The notes below the pieces were generated by a model. The model saw nothing but the letters and a program-made list of their open reading frames with translations. It was not told where the DNA came from and searched no databases. From Candidatus Woesearchaeota archaeon (GTDB taxonomy: Archaea > Nanobdellota > Nanobdellia > Woesearchaeales > JAZDKJ01), in contig JAZDKJ010000002.1 in the NCBI GenBank assembly GCA_043803105.1, forward strand, positions 82,554-146,553: a stretch of DNA of 64,000 nucleotides, given 5' to 3'. Of the stretch, positions 29,277 through 41,765 are shown piece after piece (position 1 is the first letter of the stretch; each line of letters starts with the position of its first letter). A program made the position numbers and the translations under genes.

Positions 29277-30536
29277 ATGAAAATAATGTTTGAATTTATA
29301 AAAAATCTCTTCAAAGAGAAGGACAGCTCGATAGTTATCTCAATAAAAGACCTCCCAAACTGGTTTGAGCAGCAATTGAACGCTTCCAAGGCTCCGGTTG
29401 ATTCCAGATTTAATGCCTTGCGACAGAAGATTTCTGTGCAGCTTGGCAGCCTTGCAGAGAACATCATCGTGCTTCAGAAAGCAGTCCTAAAGAATCCATC
29501 CATATCTACCAGGGAAATTCAGTTTATGGAAGGCAACCGCGAAGCCTACATAAGAAAGGTCAAGCTGCTTGTGGAAGCTCTTGAGTTGCCAGAAAAAATC
29601 CAGGATTTGCCTTCATTCCAATCAGAGTTCGTTTCAAAGCTGGACATCTTCAGTACCTCCACAGCTAAGCCGTACTACATCTTGCAGGAATTCTTTGCCC
29701 ATGAATCAAAGGACATTGCCTTGTCAATAAAATCGATTGAGCAGTCTGTAGTGGAAGCCTCTCACTTGTACAGGCAATTCCAGGAGTCAATTGGAGGTTC
29801 GCTCAACAGGAGGGTTGCGCAATTCCATTCTACAGTGGGTGCCCATGACTCAACCAGAGAAATGAAAAAAAGGCTTGAGCAAGAGCTCGAGACAGAGAAA
29901 CAGCGGCTTTCCAGTCTTAACAGGCAAAGGTCAACCCTGCAAAAAAGTGATTCTCACAAGGAGTTTGAAAACTCTAAGCGAAAGCTTGAACTCCTAAATA
30001 ACCAGCTCAAGGAAAAGAAGTTTGAAATACATAGCCAATTTTCAATCCTCGAGCATGGCTTGAAGAAGTACGCAAAAATCAGCTATGAGCATGAAGACTT
30101 GGCAAATTCTTATGTTGATGACCCGGTAAGCGCGCTCTTGAGTGACCATGAACTCAACGTGATGTTTGTTTTGCGGAACATGCGCCAGGCAATTGAGCGT
30201 GAGGAGCTCGAGCTTAAAGACAAGAAGAAGGACAAGTCTCTTGCCACCATTGATATGCTGGACCGTGCTTTCCTTTCAAGGATTGTCTCTGAACTGAACT
30301 CTCTCAAGCTGCAGGTTTCAACTGTTGAGCAGGACTTGAGGAATCATCCTGTAGACAAACAGTCAAAGGATCTTTCCTTCGATACTGAGTCCTGCTGGGC
30401 TAAGCAGGTGCAATTGCAAAAGCAGATTGAAAAGGCTGACAAGCAGATTGCTGATTCTGATCCTGAAAAGCTGAAAAAAGAGCTTGAGGAATCATTGAGC
30501 TCTTTTGTTGGGAAGACTGTTTCTATTGGGGATTGA
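29277..30536 (+). CDS. Hypothetical long coiled-coil protein
   Basis: 419 aa heptad-rich; no Walker motif seen. Confidence 0.75.
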   Translation: MKIMFEFIKNLFKEKDSSIVISIKDLPNWFEQQLNASKAPVDSRFNALRQKISVQLGSLAENIIVLQKAVLKNPSISTREIQFMEGNREAYIRKVKLLVEALELPEKIQDLPSFQSEFVSKLDIFSTSTAKPYYILQEFFAHESKDIALSIKSIEQSVVEASHLYRQFQESIGGSLNRRVAQFHSTVGAHDSTREMKKRLEQELETEKQRLSSLNRQRSTLQKSDSHKEFENSKRKLELLNNQLKEKKFEIHSQFSILEHGLKKYAKISYEHEDLANSYVDDPVSALLSDHELNVMFVLRNMRQAIEREELELKDKKKDKSLATIDMLDRAFLSRIVSELNSLKLQVSTVEQDLRNHPVDKQSKDLSFDTESCWAKQVQLQKQIEKADKQIADSDPEKLKKELEESLSSFVGKTVSIGD

Positions 30537-30981
30537 GCAGGTACACTTGTCCCTTAGTCTCAAACTCGTCCCAGACAATTCCATCGCTTGAAGTCTGTGG
30601 TTTCTCAAAGGTTTGTGCAATTGCCTGTGTTATAATAGGATGAAAGTATTTGTCTGGATGTTTTGCAAAATACTGGTGCGTCAAGTCTCTTGCCGAATTT
30701 GCGGTCATCGCCTCAAGCGGTTCCACCCTCTGGTTGTTCATCTCATGCAATCCAAGCATCACTGCCCAGGGTAATATTACTCCAGGTTTAATCACTTGCT
30801 TCTTGCTGCCTTTAATTGTTTCTGTGCGTCCTTCCTGCAGCTCATAATAGCAGGTGAATGCAAAGTCTGCCTGATATATGGGTCCTGATTCCTTGCTTGC
30901 TTCTGCAACCATTTGTTCGACATTACGAAATTTTATGTTAACACCAAAAATGCTGTTCGATATCATTGGATTTTCATTCAT
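30523..30981 (-). CDS. Hypothetical protein
   Basis: ORF divergent from the Lrp gene; ATG 30981 preferred. Confidence 0.6.
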   Translation of the reverse strand: MNENPMISNSIFGVNIKFRNVEQMVAEASKESGPIYQADFAFTCYYELQEGRTETIKGSKKQVIKPGVILPWAVMLGLHEMNNQRVEPLEAMTANSARDLTHQYFAKHPDKYFHPIITQAIAQTFEKPQTSSDGIVWDEFETKGQVYLLNPQ

Positions 30982-31057
30982 TGTTCTTAACCTCAATATA
31001 TTATTACCAAGTGGTAACCATGTAGCAATATATATTGTTATCTTAAAAATAGCACGC

Positions 31058-31093
31058 AAAATACGCTAGATTTAAATATTTAAAGCGTATTTT
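31058..31093. promoter_or_regulatory. TATA box enclosed by a 10 bp inverted repeat (candidate Lrp operator)
   Basis: AAAATACGCT (31058-31067) and AGCGTATTTT (31084-31093) around palindromic TTTAAATATTTAAA. Confidence 0.6.
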
Positions 31094-31101
31094 ATGTTAT
31101 T

Positions 31102-31632
31102 ATGAGACAAGAGAAGATACAAACCCCCCCATACGACACAACCATCGCTTACGGAAAGCCCTTTGTCTTTGACAAATATGATAAGCTTATCCTAAAAGAG
31201 CTCGACCAGGATGCACGAAAGTCTTTGGCAGAGCTCTCTAAGAAAGTCGGCCTCTCAAGGGATGCAATAAGGAACCGCATCATGAAGATGGTAAAGGCAA
31301 AGGTTATTGCAGCCTTCAAACCTTTATATCATTCGCCAAGGATGGGTTTTCCTGTCATCAATTATGTTTTCATAGCGCTTTACAATCCAAGCGCAGAGAA
31401 GGAAAAGGAATTTCTCGGTTTTCTTAAAAGGACAAAATACGTAACCTATATCGCAAGCCTCATCGGAAAATGGGATTATATCAGCGATGTCATGGCAGAG
31501 GACAACGGCCATTTGGACAAGATAATGAAAGGCATCAGCCAGAGGGTCCCAGAGCTCATCAAGGATTATGAGATTTACGGTGTGCTTCAGGAGTACAAGT
31601 ACGAAGAAATTGGAAGATTGGTTTATGATTAG
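31102..31632 (+). CDS. Lrp/AsnC family transcription regulator
   Basis: DKYDKLILKELDQDARKSLAELSKKVGLS HTH plus RAM-like GKWDY. Confidence 0.9.
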   Translation: MRQEKIQTPPYDTTIAYGKPFVFDKYDKLILKELDQDARKSLAELSKKVGLSRDAIRNRIMKMVKAKVIAAFKPLYHSPRMGFPVINYVFIALYNPSAEKEKEFLGFLKRTKYVTYIASLIGKWDYISDVMAEDNGHLDKIMKGISQRVPELIKDYEIYGVLQEYKYEEIGRLVYD

Positions 31633-31716
31633 TTCTAAAGCAAATGTTACTACTTATTTGAAGTAACAATATACAAAGATTTAAATATGACCAGTATTGT
31701 TCTTCGTCTGTTCACA

Positions 31717-32583
31717 ATGGACAGGAAACACAAGCAAAAGTTGATTGAAGAACATTTTGCCCCGAGAATTAGAGCTATTAGCTATATCGCCCAGCTCTTC
31801 AGAAAAGGTTTCTTGCCTCTTGACGAGAATCCTTTGGACAAATTGCACGTGCACAGTGACTTGTATATAATAAGTGCCATGGGCCAAGAAGTTTGGCATC
31901 ATTGGAGCCGCATACTCGACATGGAGCAATACGCTAGGGAAGACCTCCTTGACATCGCTGCTCAAGAAGGAAAGATTCTTGACATTACTGACTTCAGAAC
32001 CAGGCCTCCAGCAGGGCTTGGGCCTCAGATACACGGGATTGAAAAGACCGTGGACAAGCTCTGCCATAGTTATTTCGGCAGATTGTCCACCTGGATTGAC
32101 AACTTATATTATTGGGTAGCTCACAATTACGACCTGGTTCCGGAAAATGGCAGGATTGACAGGAAAGGTGTCCAGGAAAGCCTCAAAGGTGTTCATGGCA
32201 GGATGCGCCAGGAATTGAAAGACACTTTTGGATTCGCTGACATTCAGGATGACCTTAATCAGATTAGGAACAAACTTACGCACAGCTCATCGAACATAAT
32301 ACCATTTGTAGATATAGACGGAAAAGTTTTACAGCAAAGGTATGCGCTTGTTGCAAGTGTGTCTCTAGAGAAGAATAGAATCAACGATATTACTAAAGAG
32401 CAAGAGACTGTTAAAGTGACACGCAAAGTGGACCTTTTCAACTATCTAATCAGGTTCTACGCTCACAACGCAAACGGCACGTATCATTGCCTGAAATTTA
32501 TGAAGATGAATATTGAACCAGGTGCTTTCCAGAAATTCTGCGATGCCTATTTAGGGCAATCCAAAAGCCAATTGAAGAGTTAG
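31717..32583 (+). CDS. Hypothetical protein with HEPN-like RNxxxH motif
   Basis: LNQIRNKLTHS; ATG 31717 fits TATA spacing better than 31687. Confidence 0.65.
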   Translation: MDRKHKQKLIEEHFAPRIRAISYIAQLFRKGFLPLDENPLDKLHVHSDLYIISAMGQEVWHHWSRILDMEQYAREDLLDIAAQEGKILDITDFRTRPPAGLGPQIHGIEKTVDKLCHSYFGRLSTWIDNLYYWVAHNYDLVPENGRIDRKGVQESLKGVHGRMRQELKDTFGFADIQDDLNQIRNKLTHSSSNIIPFVDIDGKVLQQRYALVASVSLEKNRINDITKEQETVKVTRKVDLFNYLIRFYAHNANGTYHCLKFMKMNIEPGAFQKFCDAYLGQSKSQLKS

Positions 32584-34736
<2,153 letters not shown>

Positions 34737-34854
34737 TTAAATAGTTTGCTTATAGTAACCATTGGCTACCTTACGGCATAGTTATTGTAGAACCAAAAAA
34801 ACAGCCTTTTAAAAGGATAAATTATATTAAGTCAATATCTATGACTTATCCCCT

Positions 34855-36306
34855 GTGGTGTGGGAAAGAGTAACGTATAGCGGCAAAAATCATGCAATAT
34901 TCTTCATAGACACAGTGTTCAGGGGATACCAAACAGGTGTTATCAAAGACTTCTTTTTGATAGCTTTTAATCCCACACATTACCGTCAATTTAATGGAGC
35001 AAGATGGTGGTTAAAGGAAGAGATTGATTCCTATGTTTCCGCACTTAGAAATAAAGAAAAGAACTCCCCTGGTTTCTTGCTACAGAAGGCAGAGGAATAT
35101 GAAAGATTAAACCAAGGTTTTTTTGAATGGAGCAGGCAATATAAGAACCTAGATTTTAAGCATATTGATAATAAGAAAATAGCGATAATTCTGTCTGAAT
35201 TTGCAAATCGTTTAACTAAGATTAATGCTCTTGTATATACCAGTATAATGGTAGATAGATTTTATACAGACGAAATAGTAAGATTAATTGCAAAAAAAGA
35301 ACCTACTTTTAACAAACAACAAGAATACCTTAACATCATTTTTTCAATAGAATGGGGTCTCGAAACACATTATGAAAAGGAGTCACTTATTGATATAGCC
35401 GAAAAGTTGCAGAAAAAACCAGTATCACCTGACGTTACTCAGCTTATTGAAAAACATCTAGGCCGTTTTGCTCATCTTAACTTTATGCCTTTTTATAGAC
35501 CTCAAAGTGATAAGGAAAGTGTTCTTGAAGCAATAAAAAATCTGCTTGAAAAAGATATCAAAAAAGAAAAGGTCGAACTGGAAAAACAAAAGCGCAAGTC
35601 CAAGAAAGTTGAAGAACTGAAAAATCTGCTTGCATTGGATGACAAAGAAGTTCTTAAAATCAAAACGATAAGGAAGTGGGCATTCATTGCAAATAATGAT
35701 GACCATTATGTTATGGGTGCAATTTGTGCATTATGGGGATTATGGCAAGAGATAGCCAGAAGATTTAGCATTACATTTGAACAATTTGTTGAGATGCGTA
35801 TTGACGAAATAAAAGAAACCCTGAGAAACGGAGCTATTTCAAATGAATTAAGAGATGAATTGCCTTTGCGATGCCAAGATAATGCTATGATATGGGATGA
35901 AAGAGGTACAAGATTACTGGTTGGCGATGCGCTGGTTAGTTACTATAATGACGAAAAAATAATAGAGGAAGATTTTCACAAGATTATGGAAGTCAAAGGA
36001 TTGCCTGCATCTCAAGGGAAAGCGTTGGGGATCGTTCGCCTTCTCCTGGATATTAGGGACCTCAACAAAGTAGAAAAAGACAATGTTTTGGTTGCTGTAT
36101 ATACATATCCTGCGATTGTAGTTGCAATGGAAAAAGCAAGCGCGATTGTAACCGACCAAGGAGGTCTTTTATCGCATGCAGCCATTGTCAGCAGGGAAAT
36201 GCACAAGCCATGTATTGTAGGAACTGGTATTGCTACAAGAGTATTCAAAGATGGCGATTTAGTTGAGGTAGACGCCACAAATGGAATAGTCAAGAGAATA
36301 AAATAA
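34855..36306 (+). CDS. PEP-utilising enzyme mobile (phosphohistidine swivel) domain protein
   Basis: C-terminal TDQGGLLSHAAIVSREMHKPCIVGT; no ATP-grasp domain; visibly AT-richer than flanks. Confidence 0.85.
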   Translation: MVWERVTYSGKNHAIFFIDTVFRGYQTGVIKDFFLIAFNPTHYRQFNGARWWLKEEIDSYVSALRNKEKNSPGFLLQKAEEYERLNQGFFEWSRQYKNLDFKHIDNKKIAIILSEFANRLTKINALVYTSIMVDRFYTDEIVRLIAKKEPTFNKQQEYLNIIFSIEWGLETHYEKESLIDIAEKLQKKPVSPDVTQLIEKHLGRFAHLNFMPFYRPQSDKESVLEAIKNLLEKDIKKEKVELEKQKRKSKKVEELKNLLALDDKEVLKIKTIRKWAFIANNDDHYVMGAICALWGLWQEIARRFSITFEQFVEMRIDEIKETLRNGAISNELRDELPLRCQDNAMIWDERGTRLLVGDALVSYYNDEKIIEEDFHKIMEVKGLPASQGKALGIVRLLLDIRDLNKVEKDNVLVAVYTYPAIVVAMEKASAIVTDQGGLLSHAAIVSREMHKPCIVGTGIATRVFKDGDLVEVDATNGIVKRIK

Positions 36307-36549
36307 TTGTAAGAACGCAGTTTAAAAAGTTTTTGAATCTAGCTTGCGTGGCATCCAAGGGATATACTATTTCCTTGAGGCATCCTTCTACATAAACTTT
36401 TCGCACAAAAACCCTTTCTTCCACAGGATGATAGGTAAGCTCTTCCAGTATATCCCCAGAGGTGTTAGTGCCTTCATAAACTTTCCACAATTGATTCAGA
36501 AGATTCCATCTTGAAAACAAGAAAACAAAGATTTTCAACCAACCCGAAT

Positions 36550-36963
36550 CTAGCTTGCGCCGCTATACGCAGTCTCTTTCTCTTCGCTCACAGCATTGAT
36601 CACATGCTTGAGCTTTTTCTCCGCTTCTTCTGCAATTTGCTCAACTTTCGGAGCAAGCGTTCCCATTACCTGTGTTGGTAGTATTGCCGTAGCCCAGCAA
36701 ACGCCTTTGTCCTCAAATACGATTATATTGCATGGCAAGAAAAGCCCTGCCTCTTTTTCCTTTTCAAGTGCTTGATGGCTAAGTTTTGGATTGCACGCTC
36801 CAATGATGGTGTAGTTACCGTATTCAAGGTCTATTTTCTTCTTTAGTATTGCCTTGACATCAATCTCGCTTATTACAGAAAAGCCTTCCTTCTCCAGTTC
36901 AACCTTGACTTTTGCCAGTGTTTCAGCGAAATTGCCCTTCGCTGGTTTGCCATAACTATACAA
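36550..36963 (-). CDS. DUF302 domain protein
   Basis: GFSVISEID, IGACNP, GLFLPCNIIV. Confidence 0.85.
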   Translation of the reverse strand: MYSYGKPAKGNFAETLAKVKVELEKEGFSVISEIDVKAILKKKIDLEYGNYTIIGACNPKLSHQALEKEKEAGLFLPCNIIVFEDKGVCWATAILPTQVMGTLAPKVEQIAEEAEKKLKHVINAVSEEKETAYSGAS

Positions 36964-37045
36964 TCATATCACCCAATGAATACATAAAGATTTTAGAGAA
37001 TAAAAAGCTTGTGTCTGATGGCAAAAAAAGGCACAGAAAGAATTT

Positions 37046-37501
37046 CTAAGCTCTGGCTTCCTGCTTTCTGCGTCTCTGACGGAATGCCTCGTTTGCGTTG
37101 TTAAATCCGTGGTAAACAGACTTGCCAAACCAGAAAAGTCCAAAAGCACCAAAACCTAGCCAGCTAATGCCACAGAGCACTCGATTGACCGTGCGCATCC
37201 TGTAATCCTTGATATATTCCTGAGTCTGGCCAATAGTAGCGTGTTGCTCTTTGAGTTGGTTAAGTTGCCTTATTTCCTCAATTCTTGCTTCGAGCATGTC
37301 TGCTGGGATCGGTTCGTCGCGTAACAAATAATTATCAATCCCAGGCCTAATTGTCTGCGTGTACTTTTCAATTGTTGCTTTGGTCGGATATTTATTGTAA
37401 AAATCTCTGTCTAGTTGAACTGCTTTGTTGAACGAATAATAAGACAACCAACTAGTTACTGTAGCACCAATGACAAGCGCTACAATTTGTTTATTGTTCA
37501 T
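37046..37501 (-). CDS. Hypothetical membrane protein
   Basis: 151 aa with N- and C-terminal hydrophobic segments. Confidence 0.6.
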   Translation of the reverse strand: MNNKQIVALVIGATVTSWLSYYSFNKAVQLDRDFYNKYPTKATIEKYTQTIRPGIDNYLLRDEPIPADMLEARIEEIRQLNQLKEQHATIGQTQEYIKDYRMRTVNRVLCGISWLGFGAFGLFWFGKSVYHGFNNANEAFRQRRRKQEARA

Positions 37502-37620
37502 CAGGCTCTGGGAGGCGCTCTATCCTTATAAATATTACTATACTATAATGGTAAAAAGTCTTTCCTTTTTGACGCTATTTTGCACAAATTTTAAATAATC
37601 CCTCTAGTTGGTGAAATTGC

Positions 37621-38571
37621 ATGAATACCCTTATCAACAAGGATGATGTCCCTAAGTTTCTCTCTGCATTGATGCAGCGCTTTGAGGTTATTGCTCCAAA
37701 GAAGTCAAAGGGCATGCTCTTGTTTGAGCCTATAGCAGATTTCAAGGAGATCGACTTTAGCCAACAGACAAGTTATTCTGCAAAGAAGTATTTTCTTCCA
37801 GCAAAGGAGAGCATTTTTAGTTACAAGGGCACCAAGATAGAGGTCAAGCTTGATTCCAGGCCGCGCATTATCATCATGCATCCATGTGATGCAAACGCTG
37901 TCTTGAACCTTGACAGGATTTTTCTTGACGAGAACCTGGACCCATATTACAAGGCGAGGAGGGATGCCACCCTGCTTTTTGTCTTCAGCTGCTCCCAATC
38001 TTACAAGAACTGTTTTTGCACCTCAGTCAATTCTTGCGAGACAGTGAACTATGACCTTCTTTTTGTTGACATCGGCGACAAGTATGTTGTGAGCGTCGGC
38101 ACCTCAAGGGCAAAAGAGCTCCTCAGCACAAAGCTTTTTACAAATATCATCAGGGAAGGCGCCTGCGAGGTCAAGTGCAAGAAAAAGCTGAATTCCACCA
38201 ACCAGCTTGGCTCCTTCTTTTTGAGCAAGGTCTGGAAGTCTGAGAGTAAGAAATGCCTTTTCTGCAACGCATGCATTATCGCCTGCCCAAGCTGTTTTTG
38301 TTTCACCATGCATGACGAACCCAACCTTGACCTTGTCTCTGGAGAAAGAAAAAGGCAGTGGGATTACTGCTATATGCATGATCACACAAAGGTTGCTGGC
38401 GGCTTTGTTTTCAGGAAGGAGCGCTCTAAGCGCTTCAAGCACCGCATCTATCATCAGCTAAAGTATTTCAAGGATAAGTTTGGCAGGCAATTGTGTGTTG
38501 GCTGCGGCAGGTGCATTGATGTTTGCCCTGCGAAAATTGATATGGTGGAGATTGTGAACTCTTTAAAATGA
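37621..38571 (+). CDS. hydB: Group 3b NiFe hydrogenase beta subunit (Fe-S)
   Basis: HPCD, CFCTS, CLFCNACIIACPSCFC, CVGCGRCIDVCP. Confidence 0.9.
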   Translation: MNTLINKDDVPKFLSALMQRFEVIAPKKSKGMLLFEPIADFKEIDFSQQTSYSAKKYFLPAKESIFSYKGTKIEVKLDSRPRIIIMHPCDANAVLNLDRIFLDENLDPYYKARRDATLLFVFSCSQSYKNCFCTSVNSCETVNYDLLFVDIGDKYVVSVGTSRAKELLSTKLFTNIIREGACEVKCKKKLNSTNQLGSFFLSKVWKSESKKCLFCNACIIACPSCFCFTMHDEPNLDLVSGERKRQWDYCYMHDHTKVAGGFVFRKERSKRFKHRIYHQLKYFKDKFGRQLCVGCGRCIDVCPAKIDMVEIVNSLK

Positions 38572-39365
38572 GCAAGGAAACCGAACTTTACGTGCCAACT
38601 TTGGCAAGGATTGACAAGGTTACTCAGGAGACTAGTGAGGTCAAGACTTTTAAGGTAAGGATGCCTTTGAAGCATGAGCCTGGCCAGTTTGTTCAGCTCT
38701 CTTTGCTTGGCATCGGTGAAGCCCCTGTTTCAATCGCTTCTTCCTCTCCTGAATTTCTTGAGCTGACTGTAAAGAATGTTGGCGCAGTCACAGATTCATT
38801 GTTCAGGTTACAGGAGGGTGACAAGGTTGGCATCAGAGGGCCATATGGCCATGGTTATCCTATGAACGAGTTTAAGGGAAAGGACATAATAATTATTGGC
38901 GGGGGCACAGGCGCTGCCTCTTTACGCGGAGTGCTAAAGTATATTGAGAACAACAAGAAGTCTTTCGGCTCTGTCGATATTTTTCTGGGCTATAGGAGCC
39001 CTGCTGATATACTCTTCAAGAAGGATAATGACAGATGGAGGCACTCCTTCAATTTCAACATAACAGTTGACAAGCCTGATGATAATTGGCAGGGCAACAC
39101 CGGTGTCATTACCACCCTTCTCAACAAGGCCCAGTTCAAGCGCATTAACTCTGCTGTGCTTGCATGTGGTCCACCAATCATGATAAAGTTTGTTGTGCAG
39201 GACCTTCAGGCAATGGGATTCACAGACCAACAGATTTGGGTAAGCCTGGAGCGCATGATGAAGTGCGGTTTTGGCAAGTGCGGACATTGCATGGTCCAGG
39301 ACCGCTATGTTTGCAAGGATGGCCCTGTATTTAATTATCTTGACGCAAAATACCTGGAGGACTAA
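38568..39365 (+). CDS. hydG: Group 3b hydrogenase gamma subunit (FAD/NAD(P)-binding)
   Basis: PGQF, RGPYGHG, GGGTG, CGPPIM, CGFGKCGHC...C.DGPVF. Confidence 0.92.
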   Translation: MSKETELYVPTLARIDKVTQETSEVKTFKVRMPLKHEPGQFVQLSLLGIGEAPVSIASSSPEFLELTVKNVGAVTDSLFRLQEGDKVGIRGPYGHGYPMNEFKGKDIIIIGGGTGAASLRGVLKYIENNKKSFGSVDIFLGYRSPADILFKKDNDRWRHSFNFNITVDKPDDNWQGNTGVITTLLNKAQFKRINSAVLACGPPIMIKFVVQDLQAMGFTDQQIWVSLERMMKCGFGKCGHCMVQDRYVCKDGPVFNYLDAKYLED

Positions 39366-39368
39366 GAG

Positions 39369-40130
39369 ATGAAGCCTGTTGTGGGATTTTTTTCTTTCAC
39401 TGGCTGTTCAGGTTGCACTCTTGAGGTCATCCACCAGGAGGGCATTTTCCTTGACCTTATGGACAAGATGAAGATAGTGCATTTCCCTCTTGTGCAAGGA
39501 AAGAACGCGCTTTGCGACCTTGACATCGCTGTTGTTGAAGGCAGCATCTCAACAAAGGAACAGCAGGAAAAGCTTCTGCTCATACGGCAAAAATCAAAGT
39601 TCCTTATTGCCCTTGGTGCGTGCTCAGGCATTGGTGGCGTTAATGCTATCCGCAATACTCTTAACGAAAAGCAGGTTGAAAAGCTTGTCTACTCGGGCAA
39701 GAACAAGTGGAAGTCCACAAGGCTTGAGCCAATAGGCAAGTTTGTGCCTGTTGATTACTATGTCAGGGGCTGCCCTCCTGTAAAAGAGGATTTTGACTGT
39801 GCGTTGAAGCAGCTCTTGTTGAGGTCAAAGCCCTTCGTGTACAATCAGCCTGTCTGCTCTGAGTGCAGGATTAAGGAAAATCCCTGCCTTCTTTCGCAAG
39901 GCAGACTATGCTTGGGCCCAATCACGTTTGGCGGTTGCGACGCAATATGCCCTTCGAACAAGCTTCCCTGTGATGGATGCAGGGGAAAGACTGAGGATGC
40001 AAATTTCAATGCGTTAAAGCAGGTGCTCGAGGACAATGGTTTTTCAAAGCAGGACATTAAGAAATTGGCCTCTTTGTTCAACTCAAATGTTGACTTTAGC
40101 ACAAAGGTTGAAGTGGTGAAACCAAAATGA
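39369..40130 (+). CDS. hydD: Group 3b hydrogenase delta (small) subunit
   Basis: CSGC, VEGS, GACS, GCPP and distal Cys clusters. Confidence 0.92.
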   Translation: MKPVVGFFSFTGCSGCTLEVIHQEGIFLDLMDKMKIVHFPLVQGKNALCDLDIAVVEGSISTKEQQEKLLLIRQKSKFLIALGACSGIGGVNAIRNTLNEKQVEKLVYSGKNKWKSTRLEPIGKFVPVDYYVRGCPPVKEDFDCALKQLLLRSKPFVYNQPVCSECRIKENPCLLSQGRLCLGPITFGGCDAICPSNKLPCDGCRGKTEDANFNALKQVLEDNGFSKQDIKKLASLFNSNVDFSTKVEVVKPK

Positions 40131-41395
40131 ATTCTATTGAGATTGATAATATTACCAAGATTGAAGGACATGCAAAGCTATCAGTGAAGCTCGAGTCAGG
40201 ACAGGTCAAGGTTGTGCATCTTGATGTTGTCGAAGGTGCCCGTTATTTTGAGGCTATGGTCAAGGGCAGGAATTTCAATGAGGTGCCGATGATAACTTCA
40301 AGGATCTGCGGCATCTGCAGCCAGGCGCATTCACTGGCTTCTCTTCAGGCGATTGAGAAAGCTTTAGGAGTAAAGGTCTCAAATCAGACTATGCAGCTGC
40401 GTAACCTGCTTCATCTCGGTTCACTTATACAGAGCCATGCCCTGCATTTATATTTCCTTGCCTTGCCAGATTATCTGGGTTTTGACAATGCTGTTGCTAT
40501 GGCACAGAAGCGCTTGCTTGACGTGAAGCGCGGCTTGCTCTTGAAAAGGCTTGGCAACAGGATATGCGAGGTTGTATCAGGTAGGCAGATTCACTCCATT
40601 ACTTGTGTGGTTGGCGGTTTCTCCAACCTCCCCAGCTCTAAGCAACTTTTGTCCTTGAAAGAGGACTTGCAAAAAAACAGGCAAGAGGCTTTAATGACCG
40701 TTTCATTGTTCAGCAAGCTAAAGATGCCAAAGTTGGAAAGAAAGACTGTCTATCTCTCTTTGAAGGTTCCAAAGCAATTCTCTCTATTGCAAGGGAATGT
40801 AGTCTCGTCGCAAAAGACCGACTTCAAGCAGGAAAAATATCGCCAGTTTTTAACTGAGCTTGTCTTGCCTGACTCCACTGCAAAGAATGTTCTCTTCAAG
40901 CAGTCTTCCTGCATGGTTGGCAGCCTTGCCAGGCTGAATAATGGCCGGGATTCCCTGTCCTTTAATGCAAAGAGGGCAGCCAAGTGCATAAAGTTCCCAT
41001 GCTATAATCCGTTCATGAACAATCTTTGCCAGGCTATAGAAATTGTAAGCTTCATTGACAAGAGCATCTCAATAATTGAGGGGCTTGAGTTAAAGGAAGA
41101 GCCTCTGCCAAAGATTAAGCCAAGGTCTGGCCACGGCATTAGCATTATTGAGGCTCCACGAGGCCTTCTGATACATGAATGCAAGATAAATTCAAAAGGA
41201 GATATTTCTGACTACAACATTATTGCCCCAACAACTATTAACATCAAGAACATTGAGGAAGACATTTCAGCACTTCTCCCAAGCCTTATCAAAAAGCCCG
41301 AGAAAGAGGTTGTTCTTGAGCTTGAGAAGCTTATCCGTGCATATGACCCCTGCATAAGCTGCAGTGCTCACTTTCTTGAGCTCAATTGGACGTAA
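40127..41395 (+). CDS. hydA: Group 3b hydrogenase alpha (large) subunit
   Basis: IEGH, RICGIC, EAPRG, DPCISCSAH plus cleavable tail FLELNWT. Confidence 0.95.
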   Translation: MNSIEIDNITKIEGHAKLSVKLESGQVKVVHLDVVEGARYFEAMVKGRNFNEVPMITSRICGICSQAHSLASLQAIEKALGVKVSNQTMQLRNLLHLGSLIQSHALHLYFLALPDYLGFDNAVAMAQKRLLDVKRGLLLKRLGNRICEVVSGRQIHSITCVVGGFSNLPSSKQLLSLKEDLQKNRQEALMTVSLFSKLKMPKLERKTVYLSLKVPKQFSLLQGNVVSSQKTDFKQEKYRQFLTELVLPDSTAKNVLFKQSSCMVGSLARLNNGRDSLSFNAKRAAKCIKFPCYNPFMNNLCQAIEIVSFIDKSISIIEGLELKEEPLPKIKPRSGHGISIIEAPRGLLIHECKINSKGDISDYNIIAPTTINIKNIEEDISALLPSLIKKPEKEVVLELEKLIRAYDPCISCSAHFLELNWT

Positions 41396-41765
41396 GCTTT
41401 TTCAGGATCTTCTCAACCTCAGCTTGCAGCTCTTCTTTTTTACCCTGCATCGGTATTCCGATTATTGTCACCTTGGGAAGCTCTTTTGCAGCCTCAAGAA
41501 TTGACATGAATTTTGCTATGTCAAAGTCATGCATTGATATGGTTTGCCTTGTCTTTAGCATTTTTGTACCGTGCAATACAACCACTTTTTTTAAGTTCCT
41601 TACCACGTCCAGGATTATGACTTCGCTCTCTTTTGGATAGTCAAGTATTTCATCTATCGATGTGCATTTCCTTATGGGAAACCCCTTGATGCCTTTGGCT
41701 ATCTCTGCCGCAATGCTGTCTTCCTTCAAGAACTCGTTTCCATAGCACAATATTGCTTTGTTCAC
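41382..41765 (-). CDS. Hydrogenase maturation protease-like protein
   Basis: YGNEFLKEDS, IILD, SMHDF, IIGIP; convergent on hydA. Confidence 0.75.
   Translation of the reverse strand: MNKAILCYGNEFLKEDSIAAEIAKGIKGFPIRKCTSIDEILDYPKESEVIILDVVRNLKKVVVLHGTKMLKTRQTISMHDFDIAKFMSILEAAKELPKVTIIGIPMQGKKEELQAEVEKILKKLTSN

Noticed and set aside
29277-30536. SMC/Rad50-like ATPase
   Set aside because: No Walker A/B or signature motif seen
36290-36538. 82 aa minus-strand ORF
   Set aside because: TTG start, overlaps the convergent gene, no motif; may be a frameshifted remnant
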